DNA of 64,000 nt, from contig CAVXTJ010000007.1 in the NCBI GenBank assembly GCA_963764605.1, positions 423 to 64,422 on the forward strand. Reading direction: 5' to 3'. Positions 20,451 to 30,934 of the stretch are shown piece by piece; position 1 is the first letter of the stretch, and the number at the start of each line of letters is the position of its first letter. The position numbers and the translations under genes are program-made. The notes under the pieces were generated by a model, which searched no databases, was not told where the DNA came from, and saw only the letters and a list, made by a program, of their open reading frames with translations. The stretch is from an uncultured Alphaproteobacteria bacterium (GTDB lineage: Bacteria; Pseudomonadota; Alphaproteobacteria; Rhizobiales; Hyphomicrobiaceae).

Positions 20451-21747
20451 GAGTGAGTTCGGCAGTGAAGCGCTGCATGACGCCGTCGCGCGCAACGCTG
20501 GCGCGAGCTTTCAGACGAGCGTCGTGAATGAAAGCATGTATTTGCTCGCTCCAGGTGCCCTCGAGGCGCTCATGTCGTGCAACGGACCAGCCGCTCTTTA
20601 TCCGCGCTTCAACGCGCGCCACCTCAATGAAGGCCGCAAGGCGAGCCATGGCACTTGCGCTCTTCGCAATCGTCGCAGGCGCGGCAGGAGACGTTTCTAC
20701 GTCCACGTCTTGAGTGATACGCTGATCCTCTTGCCCAACCATCCCGGTTGGAACCGCCTGCTCAATTGCTGCAATCTCGTCACTCTCCGCCCGTTCCGGG
20801 ACTCCGGGCGGCGACGGACCCTCGGCAAGTGTTGAAATCTGCGTTTCCGGAACTGCCTCGGGCCTAACCGTCAGCTGGACGTGGACGATCTCGCTCGTAC
20901 GTGCATCCCATTCGGGCGGCGAAGCAAAAACGAGTTCCCGCACCGGAACGGCAGCAACTTCAATCCGGGGCAAATCCTTGAGGGCAGCACGCGGGTCTGG
21001 TGGCAGAAGATCGGGATCCAAACCGCTGTCCAATGCGGCCATGGTCGAATTAAGCTGCATGTTCAGGCCGCTGATGGCCGCATCGTGCGCAGCATCAAAA
21101 CTCCCGAAGTTTCCGATGTATCCCGGCACGCGCGTATAGGTCCGCAATTTCTTATATCGCGCATCTTCGGGCTCGGGAGTCTTGAGCACCGTTACGGCGA
21201 GATCGGCCACGCCCTTCTTTTGGAATCCTAATCTTTCGGCTGTGGCGCGCGACACATCAAGCCTGCGGTCGCCACGGTAGGGACCAGTACTATTGACGCG
21301 CAGAACCGCGGCATTGCCGTTCGCAGGATTATAGGCGAGCAAGACCGTGCCATCGGGAAAGATTGGGCTCGCTGCATTATCGGCACGGTCAGGACGGAAA
21401 ACTTCGCCAGAACTCGTCAAACCGCAAGCGTTGAAGCGATCCACGCGGCAGTCGTCGTAGTAGGACGCGCGCAAATAGCCGCGCTGGCCCACCATGCTAT
21501 GCATTTCGTCGATTGTCGAAACCCGGTGGCACCACCCGCCATAGCAGTGAACGGTACCGGGGGTTTTTGCACTGGTTGGGGCCGTAAAAATCGCGCAAAA
21601 CAGGGTGACGAGCACCGCCAGCGGCGGAAACCCGTTCGTTACCCAAAACTGGCTTGCCGGAAGCGACCTTGCTCCCCTGACGCAACGCACAAACATGCGA
21701 CAAATACCCAACACCAGAACCCACCCGCATCGCGAGCTGGTGCACAA
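20428..21747 (-). CDS. RlpA-like DPBB protein with a long C-terminal extension (start uncertain)
   Basis: ASYY, TSSGEVF, RVNSTGPYRGDRRLDVS. Confidence 0.8.
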   Translation of the reverse strand: MCTSSRCGWVLVLGICRMFVRCVRGARSLPASQFWVTNGFPPLAVLVTLFCAIFTAPTSAKTPGTVHCYGGWCHRVSTIDEMHSMVGQRGYLRASYYDDCRVDRFNACGLTSSGEVFRPDRADNAASPIFPDGTVLLAYNPANGNAAVLRVNSTGPYRGDRRLDVSRATAERLGFQKKGVADLAVTVLKTPEPEDARYKKLRTYTRVPGYIGNFGSFDAAHDAAISGLNMQLNSTMAALDSGLDPDLLPPDPRAALKDLPRIEVAAVPVRELVFASPPEWDARTSEIVHVQLTVRPEAVPETQISTLAEGPSPPGVPERAESDEIAAIEQAVPTGMVGQEDQRITQDVDVETSPAAPATIAKSASAMARLAAFIEVARVEARIKSGWSVARHERLEGTWSEQIHAFIHDARLKARASVARDGVMQRFTAELTLKARRYR

Positions 21748-21841
21748 TACTCAGCAAGCACCTCAAATCCAGTTAACGGCACAGAAAAAAGTGTTATTTT
21801 GCAGGATATTAGGGTCGCATGCTGCAAGGCATTGTTAATAC

Positions 21842-23239
21842 TCAGGGCTGCAAATCCGCCCAGAGATCGTAGGCGTCGGCTTCCGTGACTTTGGCCCGGA
21901 CCAAATCACCCGGCTTCAGGCCGGCTGCCCCATTCAAAAACACACTGCCATCTATCTCGGGCGCATCCCACTTGGAGCGCCCTACCGCCCCCTCCTCGTC
22001 CACTTCGTCAATCAAGACATCAATGGTGCGGCCAACTCTTTCAGCCAGTATTTCCGCGCTGACGACTTGCTGAGCCGCCATAAAGCGATGCCAGCGCTCC
22101 TCTTTGACCTCTTCGGGCACTGCGCCGCTAAGGTCATTGGCCTTGGCACCGGCAACCGGCTCATACTTGAAGCAGCCTGCGCGATTGATCCCCGCCTCTT
22201 TCAGCCACTGAAGTAGAAATTCAAAATCCCGCTCCGTCTCACCCGGAAATCCAACGATGAAAGTCGAGCGGATGGCAAGGTCGGGACACACCTGGCGCCA
22301 CCGGCGGATTCTCTCCGCCGTTTTCTCCTGCGACGCGGGCCGGCGCATGGCTTTGAGCACCGCAGGAGACGCATGCTGAAACGGTATGTCGAGGTAGGGG
22401 AGAATTTTGCCCTCCGCCATGAGCGGAATGACATCGTCGACATGCGGATAGGGATAAACGTAGTGCATACGGACCCAGGCGCCGAGTTCGCCCAAGGCTT
22501 TGCTCAAATCCCAGAAGCGCGCTTTGAGTGGGGCGCCTTTCCAAGAACTTTCTGCGTATTTGATATCGAGGCCATAGGCGCTTGTATCCTGGCTGATGAC
22601 GAGCAGCTCTTTAACGCCAGCCTTCACCAGCTTCTCCGCTTCCGCCATGACATGATTGGCGGGCCGGCTGGCAAGATCGCCGCGCAACGACGGGATAATG
22701 CAGAACGAGCAGCGGTTGTTGCAGCCTTCTGATATTTTCAAATAAGCGTAATGCCGGGGCGTGAGGCGCAGGCCTTCGGGTGGCACGAGATCAACGAAGG
22801 GATCGTGCAGCGGCGGCACTGCGCCGTGAACTGCGTTGACCACCTGCTCATATTGATGCGGGCCTGTAACGGCGAGTACGCCGGGATATGCTTCGCGAAT
22901 GCGGGATTCCTCAACGCCAAAGCAGCCGGTCACAATCACGCGGCCATTGGAGGCCATGGCCTCGCCGATCGCCTCTAAGCTTTCTTGTTTAGCTAAATCA
23001 AGGAACCCGCAGGTGTTAACTACGACTACGTCCGCTCCGTCATAGTCGGCAGCAATTTGATACCCTTCCGAGCGAAGTTGCGTGATGATCCGCTCGCTAT
23101 CAACCAAGGCTTTCGGACAACCGAGCGACACAAACCCGACCTTCGGCGGAGTTGCAGACATGGCGCGTGCCGTGCCGCCATCGGCCAAGCGTACTTTGGC
23201 GCTTGCTTTCACGGGTTCATTCGACGCATTTTTGTTCAT
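21842..23239 (-). CDS. rimO: Ribosomal protein S12 methylthiotransferase
   Basis: [21 protein letters not shown] radical SAM motif, C-terminal TRAM domain. Confidence 0.96.
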   Translation of the reverse strand: MNKNASNEPVKASAKVRLADGGTARAMSATPPKVGFVSLGCPKALVDSERIITQLRSEGYQIAADYDGADVVVVNTCGFLDLAKQESLEAIGEAMASNGRVIVTGCFGVEESRIREAYPGVLAVTGPHQYEQVVNAVHGAVPPLHDPFVDLVPPEGLRLTPRHYAYLKISEGCNNRCSFCIIPSLRGDLASRPANHVMAEAEKLVKAGVKELLVISQDTSAYGLDIKYAESSWKGAPLKARFWDLSKALGELGAWVRMHYVYPYPHVDDVIPLMAEGKILPYLDIPFQHASPAVLKAMRRPASQEKTAERIRRWRQVCPDLAIRSTFIVGFPGETERDFEFLLQWLKEAGINRAGCFKYEPVAGAKANDLSGAVPEEVKEERWHRFMAAQQVVSAEILAERVGRTIDVLIDEVDEEGAVGRSKWDAPEIDGSVFLNGAAGLKPGDLVRAKVTEADAYDLWADLQP

Positions 23240-23323
23240 AAGCGCGCTTCTAGACCTGTCTCAATGCCTAAGCAATCGCGCGAATTGGCCCCGTGACCCC
23301 CAGCGTTTCTTGAAAGATGCCCC

Positions 23324-24337
23324 GTGACCCAAGAACCAGCAGAAACCACCCCTTTTGACCCGCTTCAGGCCGCCGAACATTGGCTTCGGGGCGGCGACGC
23401 CGTGGCGCTTGCCACCGTTATAGAGGCGTGGGGCTCAGCGCCGGTTCCGATCGGCGGACAAATGGTCATTGCGTCCGGCGAACGGTTCCAGGGGTCGGTT
23501 TCAGGCGGATGCATTGAGGCCGATGTGATCGCCGAAGCAACCGACGTCTTGGCGAGCGGCAAACCTCAAGTTCTGTCCTTTGGCATTGCCGACGAGACGG
23601 CGTGGCGCGCGGGCCTCGCGTGCGGCGGCAAACTGCGCATCCTGGTCACGCGGCTGACGCCTGACGAAGGGCGACCGCTGTTCGCTAAACTCACCGCTGC
23701 GCGCGACACGCGAAAAGCTGCCGTGATTGAGACCCGCCTTAGCGATGGCGGGATCCGGCTTGTGACGGATGCTTTGGGAGAAAGTCCTGCCATTGCCGGC
23801 GCCCTCGCCACAGGCGCCAGCGCCTTGCAAGACGATGCGGGCGGCGGCACGTTTCTGCAAACCATTGCCCCGGCGCCGCGCTTAATTGTCGTCGGCGCAA
23901 CCCACGTCGCGCAAGTGCTCGCCAAGCTGGCGCAGACGATCGGCTATCAGATCACCATTATCGATCCACGTTCGGCCTTTACGGCCGATAGCCGGTTCGA
24001 TGCCAGCATCGTCGAAACCGCCTGGCCGGAAACCGCCCTCAAGACTTTCGCACCAGATCCCTTCACCGCTGTCGTGACGCTGACCCACGTCGGCCACATC
24101 GATGATGAAGCGCTTGCAATGGCGCTGCGCTCTCCCTGCCGCTACATTGGCGCGCTAGGTTCGCGCAAGACCCACGCCAAACGCGTTGAGCGCCTGATTG
24201 GGCTCGGCTTCACGGACTCTGACATCGCCCGCATTAAAGCGCCTGTCGGTCTCAATATCGGGGCGGAAACACCGGCTGAAATTGCGGTTGCGATCCTTGG
24301 CGAAGTCATCTCAGCGTTTCGCAGCGGTAAAATCTGA
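23324..24337 (+). CDS. XdhC/CoxI molybdoenzyme accessory protein
   Basis: GSVSGGCIE, GLACGG, YIGALGSRK, PVGLNIGAETPAEIA. Confidence 0.9.
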   Translation: MTQEPAETTPFDPLQAAEHWLRGGDAVALATVIEAWGSAPVPIGGQMVIASGERFQGSVSGGCIEADVIAEATDVLASGKPQVLSFGIADETAWRAGLACGGKLRILVTRLTPDEGRPLFAKLTAARDTRKAAVIETRLSDGGIRLVTDALGESPAIAGALATGASALQDDAGGGTFLQTIAPAPRLIVVGATHVAQVLAKLAQTIGYQITIIDPRSAFTADSRFDASIVETAWPETALKTFAPDPFTAVVTLTHVGHIDDEALAMALRSPCRYIGALGSRKTHAKRVERLIGLGFTDSDIARIKAPVGLNIGAETPAEIAVAILGEVISAFRSGKI

Positions 24338-24939
24338 TGCGCATTGCGGCGCTCGTTTTGGCCGCGGGCCGCTCAAGCCGCTTCAAATCCGGCAATAAGC
24401 TTACGGCAGAAATTAACGGCATGCCGCTCGTGCGCCGTGTGCTGTTGGCGGTGGCCGCTTCCCCTGTCGCAGAAATCCTATTGGTCACAAATCCAGATGC
24501 ACCGCATGTTGTAGCGGCGGCAGGTGCCGGTCGCTGGCGCCCAATTGTCAATCACGAGGCACACCTTGGGCTTGCCACATCACTTAGAGCCGGCATTGCG
24601 GCACTTCCAGAGTCAACTGACGGCGCACTCGTCACCCTCGCTGATATGCCCGGCATCACTGTAGATTTGATTACGCGCATCATCGATGAATTTGCCGCTC
24701 AACGTGGCGGCGTCATTGTGCACCCGGTGGACAGCGAAGGCCGCCAAGGACATCCCGTACTTTGGCCTAAGAGCGTTTTTCCCGAGCTTTTGGCACTTGA
24801 AGGTGATGCAGGGGGCAAGACGCTGCTCCAGAAACACAAGGCGATCTCGCGCACGGTTGCAGTTTCAGGTGCCGATGCCTTTCTTGACATCGACACCCAA
24901 GCGGATCTTGCCCGCTTCAAAGGTGAACAACACTCCTAG
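24337..24939 (+). CDS. Molybdenum cofactor cytidylyltransferase-like NTP transferase (MocA-like)
   Basis: LAAGRSSRF, LADMP, GHPVLW, GDAGG. Confidence 0.85.
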   Translation: MRIAALVLAAGRSSRFKSGNKLTAEINGMPLVRRVLLAVAASPVAEILLVTNPDAPHVVAAAGAGRWRPIVNHEAHLGLATSLRAGIAALPESTDGALVTLADMPGITVDLITRIIDEFAAQRGGVIVHPVDSEGRQGHPVLWPKSVFPELLALEGDAGGKTLLQKHKAISRTVAVSGADAFLDIDTQADLARFKGEQHS

Positions 24940-24941
24940 CG

Positions 24942-25811
24942 TCACGCCGATAGCCGCACCGGAATGCGCAGATAATGCACGCCGTTGACATCGGCGGGCG
25001 GAAGTTTACCGGCACGGATATTGACCTGAATCGATGGCAGCAACAGAGTTGGTGCCAAAAGCGTTGCGTCACGCGCCTCGCGCATTTTCACGAAGCTGTC
25101 TTCGTTCACGCCCTCATGCACATGCTTGTTGTTGGCGCGCTGTTCGCCAACCGTGGTTTCCCAGGCGTATTGATCGCGCCCCGGCGCCTTGTAATCGTGA
25201 CACATAAAAAGGCGTGTCTCGGGAGGCAGCGCCAACAGTTTATGAATTGAACGATACAGCATCCGGGCGTCTCCGCCCGGAAAGTCGGCACGCGCAGTTC
25301 CATAGTCCGGCATGAAAAGCGTGTCGCCGGTGAAAACATTATTTCCGATTTTGTAGGCGACGTCGGCCGGGGTGTGTCCTGGAACATGCAGCACTTCGAC
25401 ATCGAGGCCGCCGATGCTGAAATGCTCACCGTCTCGAAACAGCCGGTCGAATTCGCTGCCATCACCTTTGATATCGCGCGCATCGAAAACGGGGCGGAAG
25501 ATTTTCTGCACGTCGCGGATGTGTTCGCCGATGCCGACTTTGGCACCGGTCTTGAGTTTGATATACGGCGCACCTGATAAGTGATCGGCGTGCGCATGCA
25601 ATTCTAGCACCCAGTCGATCGTGAGACCGGCCGCGTCAGCTGCGGCAAGTATGGCGCCGGATGATTTCACCGTGGCCGTGCCACTCTTGTGATCGTAATC
25701 GAGGACCGGATCGATAACAGCCGCGCGTCTCGTTCCGGCATCCCAAACCAGATAGCTGACCGTATTTGTCGGCTCGTCGAAAAAGGCCTGGATCATGGGC
25801 TCTTGCGTCAC
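24942..25811 (-). CDS. MBL-fold persulfide dioxygenase (Blh/ETHE1-like)
   Basis: HAHADH, PGHT, DYGTARADFPGG, FMCHDY. Confidence 0.9.
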   Translation of the reverse strand: MTQEPMIQAFFDEPTNTVSYLVWDAGTRRAAVIDPVLDYDHKSGTATVKSSGAILAAADAAGLTIDWVLELHAHADHLSGAPYIKLKTGAKVGIGEHIRDVQKIFRPVFDARDIKGDGSEFDRLFRDGEHFSIGGLDVEVLHVPGHTPADVAYKIGNNVFTGDTLFMPDYGTARADFPGGDARMLYRSIHKLLALPPETRLFMCHDYKAPGRDQYAWETTVGEQRANNKHVHEGVNEDSFVKMREARDATLLAPTLLLPSIQVNIRAGKLPPADVNGVHYLRIPVRLSA

Positions 25812-25856
25812 AACAACTCTCCTTGCTGAAAAAAATCAACGTTCATACTTGACATA

Positions 25857-25878
25857 TATATTAGTCATATCTAATTTA
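25857..25878. promoter_or_regulatory. AT-rich inverted repeat, probable ArsR/BigR operator
   Basis: tatattag-tcatat-ctaattta between the divergent starts. Confidence 0.55.
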
Positions 25879-25885
25879 GCAATAC

Positions 25886-26224
25886 ATGAAATACAAAGAG
25901 GACAAAATGCGTTCTGCTACGTTTGATCTACTTGCCTTCGAAAAGAACGCCACCGGCGTTGCTAATATCTTGCGCGCGATGGCCAACGAGCACCGCCTCA
26001 TGATCTTATGCAAACTCGCCGAGAAGGGCGAAGCCACGCCGGGATCACTCGCTGAGGATCTCGCGTTGTCGCAATCAGCGCTGTCTCAGCACCTCGCGAA
26101 GATGCGCCAGGAAGATATGGTGATTTCGCGGCGCGACGGCCAGACCCTGTGGTACCGCATCGCAGACCCGCGAATTGGGAAACTTCTCAACACACTGCAC
26201 CGTCTTTTTTGCTCTAACGACTAA
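25886..26224 (+). CDS. ArsR/SmtB regulator (BigR/SqrR-like)
   Basis: RLMILC, SQSALSQHLAKMR, second Cys in RLFC near the C-terminus. Confidence 0.88.
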   Translation: MKYKEDKMRSATFDLLAFEKNATGVANILRAMANEHRLMILCKLAEKGEATPGSLAEDLALSQSALSQHLAKMRQEDMVISRRDGQTLWYRIADPRIGKLLNTLHRLFCSND

Positions 26225-26255
26225 CCGAATACACTTAAACCAAAGGTTCGAAATC

Positions 26256-26792
26256 ATGTCACTCCGTACTATTTCTCCTGCCAATGCCAAGAAGCTCATC
26301 GCACAAGGCGCCACGCTCATTGATGTTCGCGGTTCCGACGAGCATGCGCGCGAGCGTATTTCTGGTGCCAGCAATAAGCCGCTTGGCGAACTCAAAACGC
26401 TTGGGCAAACGCCCGGCCCCGTCATCTTCCATTGCAAGTCGGGCGCGCGAACAGCCGCTAATGCCAGCAATCTCGCCTCCGCGGTACAGACTTCAGCACC
26501 ACAGTGTGAGGCCTACATTCTGGAAGGCGGGATCGAAGCCTGGAAAGCTGCAGGGCTTCCGGTTTCAGCGGACAAGAGCCAGCCAATCGAGATCATGCGC
26601 CAAGTGCAGATCATGGCCGGTTCGCTCGTGCTTCTCGGTGTGCTCCTGAGTGTTTTCGTTTCACCGTCCTTCATCTGGCTGTCCGCTGCAATCGGCGCGG
26701 GCCTAGTTTTCTCCGGTGTCAGCGGCTCGTGCATGATGGCGCAAGTTCTCGGACAGATGCCGTGGAACCGGCGCGCTGCAACGGCCAACTGA
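26256..26792 (+). CDS. Rhodanese + DUF2892 membrane protein (YgaP-like)
   Basis: IDVR, HCKSGART, LEGGIEAWK, RQVQI, GSCMMA. Confidence 0.88.
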   Translation: MSLRTISPANAKKLIAQGATLIDVRGSDEHARERISGASNKPLGELKTLGQTPGPVIFHCKSGARTAANASNLASAVQTSAPQCEAYILEGGIEAWKAAGLPVSADKSQPIEIMRQVQIMAGSLVLLGVLLSVFVSPSFIWLSAAIGAGLVFSGVSGSCMMAQVLGQMPWNRRAATAN

Positions 26793-26838
26793 CGCCAGTC
26801 ATTGCGTGTGCAAGCACGACGGGCGTGAGGAGTAAGTC

Positions 26839-27647
26839 ATGATCATGGATATGTCAGTGGCCGCACTTGCGGCCGCGTCGGGCAGTCTTGTTGGCCTTGT
26901 CCTCGGCCTTGTCGGCGGCGGCGGCTCGATACTTGCTGTGCCACTTCTGGTTTATATCGTCGGAGTTTCGTCGCCCCACATCGCCATTGGCACTGCGGCC
27001 ATTGCTGTCGCCATCAACGCTGCCGTCAGTCTTGCGGCCCACGCACGGCTCGGCACCGTTAAATGGCCTTGCGCAATTGTCTTCGCACTGTCCGGAATCA
27101 TAGGCACTTATCTCGGTACTGTTCTCGGCAAAGCGATGGACGGAAAGAGCCTGCTCGCATTATTCGGTATTCTCATGATCGCGGCCGGCATCAACATGCT
27201 TAGGCCAAATGCGTCCTCAAACGCCGATGTCCGCCTCACAACTGAAACTGCCGCTTACCTTCTGCCACGCCTCATCCCAATCGGTCTCGGCGTTGGCTTG
27301 CTCGCTGGATTCTTCGGCATCGGCGGCGGGTTTTTGATAGTCCCAGGACTCATCCTCGCGACCGGCATGCCCCCGCGCAATGCCATCGCAACATCGCTCG
27401 TTGCCGTCACGGCATTTGGACTGACAACAGCTGGAAGCTATGCCGCATCCGGGCTTATCGATTGGCCACTCGCCGCCACTTTTATCGCGGGCGGCCTTTT
27501 GGGCGGCGTTGCCGGTGTCGCACTCAACAACGCGCTTCGCGTAACCATCAAGCCGTTTACGCCCGTGTGTTCGCCGCCATCGTCATCAGCATCGGCGCAG
27601 CCATGGCCATACGCGGATGGCCGGATCTGGCATTGTCGCTCCACTAA
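26839..27647 (+). CDS. TauE/SafE sulfite exporter, frameshift at about 27540
   Basis: GGGGSILAVP and GIGGGFLIVPGL; the last TM helix continues in ORF 27462..27647. Confidence 0.85.
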
Positions 27648-27673
27648 ACGCCCACCGGCCGCTTTGGTGATCC

Positions 27674-28975
27674 TCAAATCCTTGCGTTACCGCTCCGCAG
27701 CGCAAGCCATGCTGCCTTTGCCTTGCTGAAGGTGCGGTGGCCAATCTGCACTTCAAAGTTCTTGTTTTCACGGATTGCTTGATTGCCGACTTTATCGGAG
27801 AGCCACAGATGACCAAAATGCACAAGCGCATCGATGTCGTGCTGTTCGACAGCATCGAGATCCAGATTGGCGAGTTGGTGAAACTGATCGATGCTCATGC
27901 CGTCCGGCACGGCCCAGGGCGCCAACGGGCTTGATTTGACGGGCCGCAGAAGCGGGCTCAACCGGACCACCGAACCAGACACCGGCGGATAGACCGGCGG
28001 ATACCCATTGCGATCAGGAAGCGGCTGGCCAAGAACGACATGTGCAATGAAGGTCGCACTATCGGGCGGATCGTCGAGCACACTGGTCGCCAATTGGCCT
28101 ACGTCTCGAAACAAGGTCAATTCCTGGCCTATTTCCTCAACTAACCGCGCATCGCAAGGCAGGTCGTTCTTCGATTTCACCGGCAAGTTCACTGTGCCGG
28201 TTCCGATGCTTAAAACTTGGATGTCTCGTGCCGAATAGGTTTTCGCGTTCGCCAGCGCTTCGACAACGGCAGCCAATACCGGATTGTTGTAGCCGCCGAT
28301 GGCACCGTCCCAATAGCGGTCTTCTTCGAACTTGGCAGGTTCAATGAAATAGTTGACCGGCGCGTTGGTCGACGCATGAATGGCATCGGCTAGTGTTGGC
28401 TCGATTTTTCTGATGCTTGATGGCGCTGGTATAAAAGAGGGCGCGACCTGTGAGCTCCCAGCAAGACTTGAAGGATTTGAGCGGAAAAACTTCGCCCTCT
28501 TGCGGTCATAGTCGAAGCCGCAAATCACGAAGTGAATGGCGTGCCCATAGCGCATGACGAAGAATTGATGGTGCTCTAAGAGTGACTTGTCACCGGCTGG
28601 CGCCAGCAGTTCCTGCAAACCTTTGAGCTTAGCGGTCGTCTGGTATTTGGCCCCAACCGTCGCCACCAACTGCATCGTTTGATTGAACACCGACTTCAGC
28701 GGCTTGCCTCCGCTGTCGAAATCAAAAGGTAACGCCTTGAACAACGACGTGCGCGCGCCCCGATCCAGGAAAAATGCCAAAATCTCGTCGAGTGGCAGGT
28801 TGGTGAGCAGACCGCCCAACACAATGCTGCCGCCGGAGTTCGCCGATACGAGATGAAAATCTTTCAGAACCTCGTGGCCGCGCGTTTTGGCTCCGTAAAG
28901 GTTCTGCAGAGCCATCACTTGCAGCAGCGCCCACGAGCCGCCGCCATCAAGGCTAAGAATACGATACGCACTCAT
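27674..28975 (-). CDS. Patatin-like phospholipase
   Basis: ILSLDGGG oxyanion motif, ANSGG nucleophile elbow, DGAIGG catalytic Asp, VLSIGTG. Confidence 0.85.
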   Translation of the reverse strand: MSAYRILSLDGGGSWALLQVMALQNLYGAKTRGHEVLKDFHLVSANSGGSIVLGGLLTNLPLDEILAFFLDRGARTSLFKALPFDFDSGGKPLKSVFNQTMQLVATVGAKYQTTAKLKGLQELLAPAGDKSLLEHHQFFVMRYGHAIHFVICGFDYDRKRAKFFRSNPSSLAGSSQVAPSFIPAPSSIRKIEPTLADAIHASTNAPVNYFIEPAKFEEDRYWDGAIGGYNNPVLAAVVEALANAKTYSARDIQVLSIGTGTVNLPVKSKNDLPCDARLVEEIGQELTLFRDVGQLATSVLDDPPDSATFIAHVVLGQPLPDRNGYPPVYPPVSGSVVRLSPLLRPVKSSPLAPWAVPDGMSIDQFHQLANLDLDAVEQHDIDALVHFGHLWLSDKVGNQAIRENKNFEVQIGHRTFSKAKAAWLALRSGNARI

Positions 28976-29115
28976 GACAAACACCCCTCAATATCAAGAG
29001 GTCAAACACGAAACCGAACTCAGGAAAAATACCGTAAGCGGAGATTGGACCTAGTTACGCATCCTTTGCAAGCATGTGGGGCACCTGTTTGAAAAAATTG
29101 ATGGGACCTGGTGTC

Positions 29116-30916
29116 CTAACGGCGCCCAAACAGCCGTTCGATATCAGCAAGCTTCAAAGCGACATAGGTCGGGCGGCCGTGGTTGCACTGGCCAGAATAA
29201 GGCGTCGCTTCCATGGCGCGCAGCAGCGCGTTCATCTCGTCCGCCGTCAGCCGCCGCCCGGAGCGCACGCTGCCGTGGCACGCCATCCGGGACGCCACCG
29301 CCTCCAGCCGGTCTTTCAGCGCCCGCGATGACCCTTCTGCCCTGATTTCCGCCGCGATATCCTTGACCAAGCCTTCGATGTCCGTCTCTCCAAGCAGCGC
29401 GGGCGTCTCGCGCACGGCGATGGCGCCCGGACCAAAAGACTCCAGCACCAGTCCAAGTTCGGCCAATTCGTCCGCTTTTTCAGCCAATCCTTCCGCATCA
29501 TCGGCGTCAAGATTGACGATCACGGGGATCAGCAGTCCTTGGCGCGCCACGCCGCCATTGGCCAGGCTGGCTTTCAAGCGCTCATAAACGAGCCGTTCGT
29601 GCGCTGCGTGCTGATCGACGATGACAAGGCCGTCGCGCGTCTGCGCCACGATATAGTTCTCGTGCACCTGCGCCCTGACCGCGCCGAGCGGCCGGTCCAG
29701 TAGTGCTTCTGGCGCCGGCGCCAGTGGCCGCGCTGTGATCGGCGCTTGGACGCGTCGATACCGGCGAATGGCGCCTGCATCGCCTCGCCAAACCCGCGCG
29801 CCATAAATGAGCGCGGCGGCTCGTAGTGCCCGCCGCTCTGCGGCAAAATTCCGGCCTCAAACGTCTCAACCGTCAGCACTCCGCCCTGCGCGGAGGCGCG
29901 ATGTCCTGCCACCGCTAGAGCCTCACTCAAGGCCCCGACCAGCAGGGCCCGAACGCGGCCTGCATCGCGAAAGCGCACTTCCGCTTTTGTCGGATGCACA
30001 TTGACGTCGAGATCCGTCAGGCGTGACTTCGAGAAACAACGCAAGCTACGGCGAGCGGCCTTTCGGGATGAGGTCGCCATACGCGGCTTTGACCGAGCCG
30101 ATCAACAGCTTGTCGCGCACCGGGCGGCCATTGACGAACAGAGTACTGCTGGCTGGAATCTTGCCGGTGCAGCGTCGGAAGTCCGGCAAAGCCAAAGACC
30201 CGCATGGGGCCCGACGCGCCTGTGCCGCCACCCTTGATTTCGAGCGCATCGGCCATGAACTCGCGGCCCATGATGCGGCCCAAACGCTCGAGCAGCCCTT
30301 CCGCCGTCGCCGTTCCGCGCAGCCAAGTTAAGCGCGGCGCGTTCCCCGCTCTGCAGCACGAACCCAACGTCGGGATGCGCCATTGCCAAGCGGCGCACGA
30401 TCTCCGACGATCGCCAAATTCTCAGACCGCTCGGATCTTCATGAATTTAAGCCGGGCGGGCGTTGCCGAGAAAAGATCGCGCACTTCGACAACCGTGCCG
30501 TGATTGAGTGCTGCCGGTTGCACCGCGCCCTTGCGGCCGCGATCAATGACGATGGCGTGTCCCTCGCGCGCATCCTTCGGCTTCGACTTTATTTCGAGCC
30601 GCGCGATGGAGCCGATCGACGGCAGCGCTTCGCCGCGAAAACCGAGACTGCGGATATCAAACAGATCTTCCTCAGACAGTTTCGAAGTGGCGTGCCTTTC
30701 GACCGACAACGCCAGATCGTCCGGGACCATGCCGCCGCCGTCATCCGTCACCCGGATAAGTGACAATCCACCTGAGGCCGTTACAATTTCGATTTGCGTT
30801 GCGCCAGCGTCGATAGCATTTTCAACGAGCTCCTTGACCACACTCGCCGGGCGCTCGATCACCTCGCCCGCAGCGATGCGGTTCACTGTATCCGGCGAGA
30901 GTTGGCGGATCGCCAA
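29116..30916 (-). CDS. mutL: DNA mismatch repair protein MutL, several frameshifts
   Basis: [63 protein letters not shown] across 4-5 ORF fragments. Confidence 0.93.
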
Positions 30917-30934
30917 GGGAGGCCTCTTTGCGCG

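Noticed and set aside
29116-30916. Broken mutL as a real mutator explaining all the indels
   Set aside because: Essential ileS and lspA are also broken, which is unlikely to be viable, and the errors track GANTC/GATC contexts.
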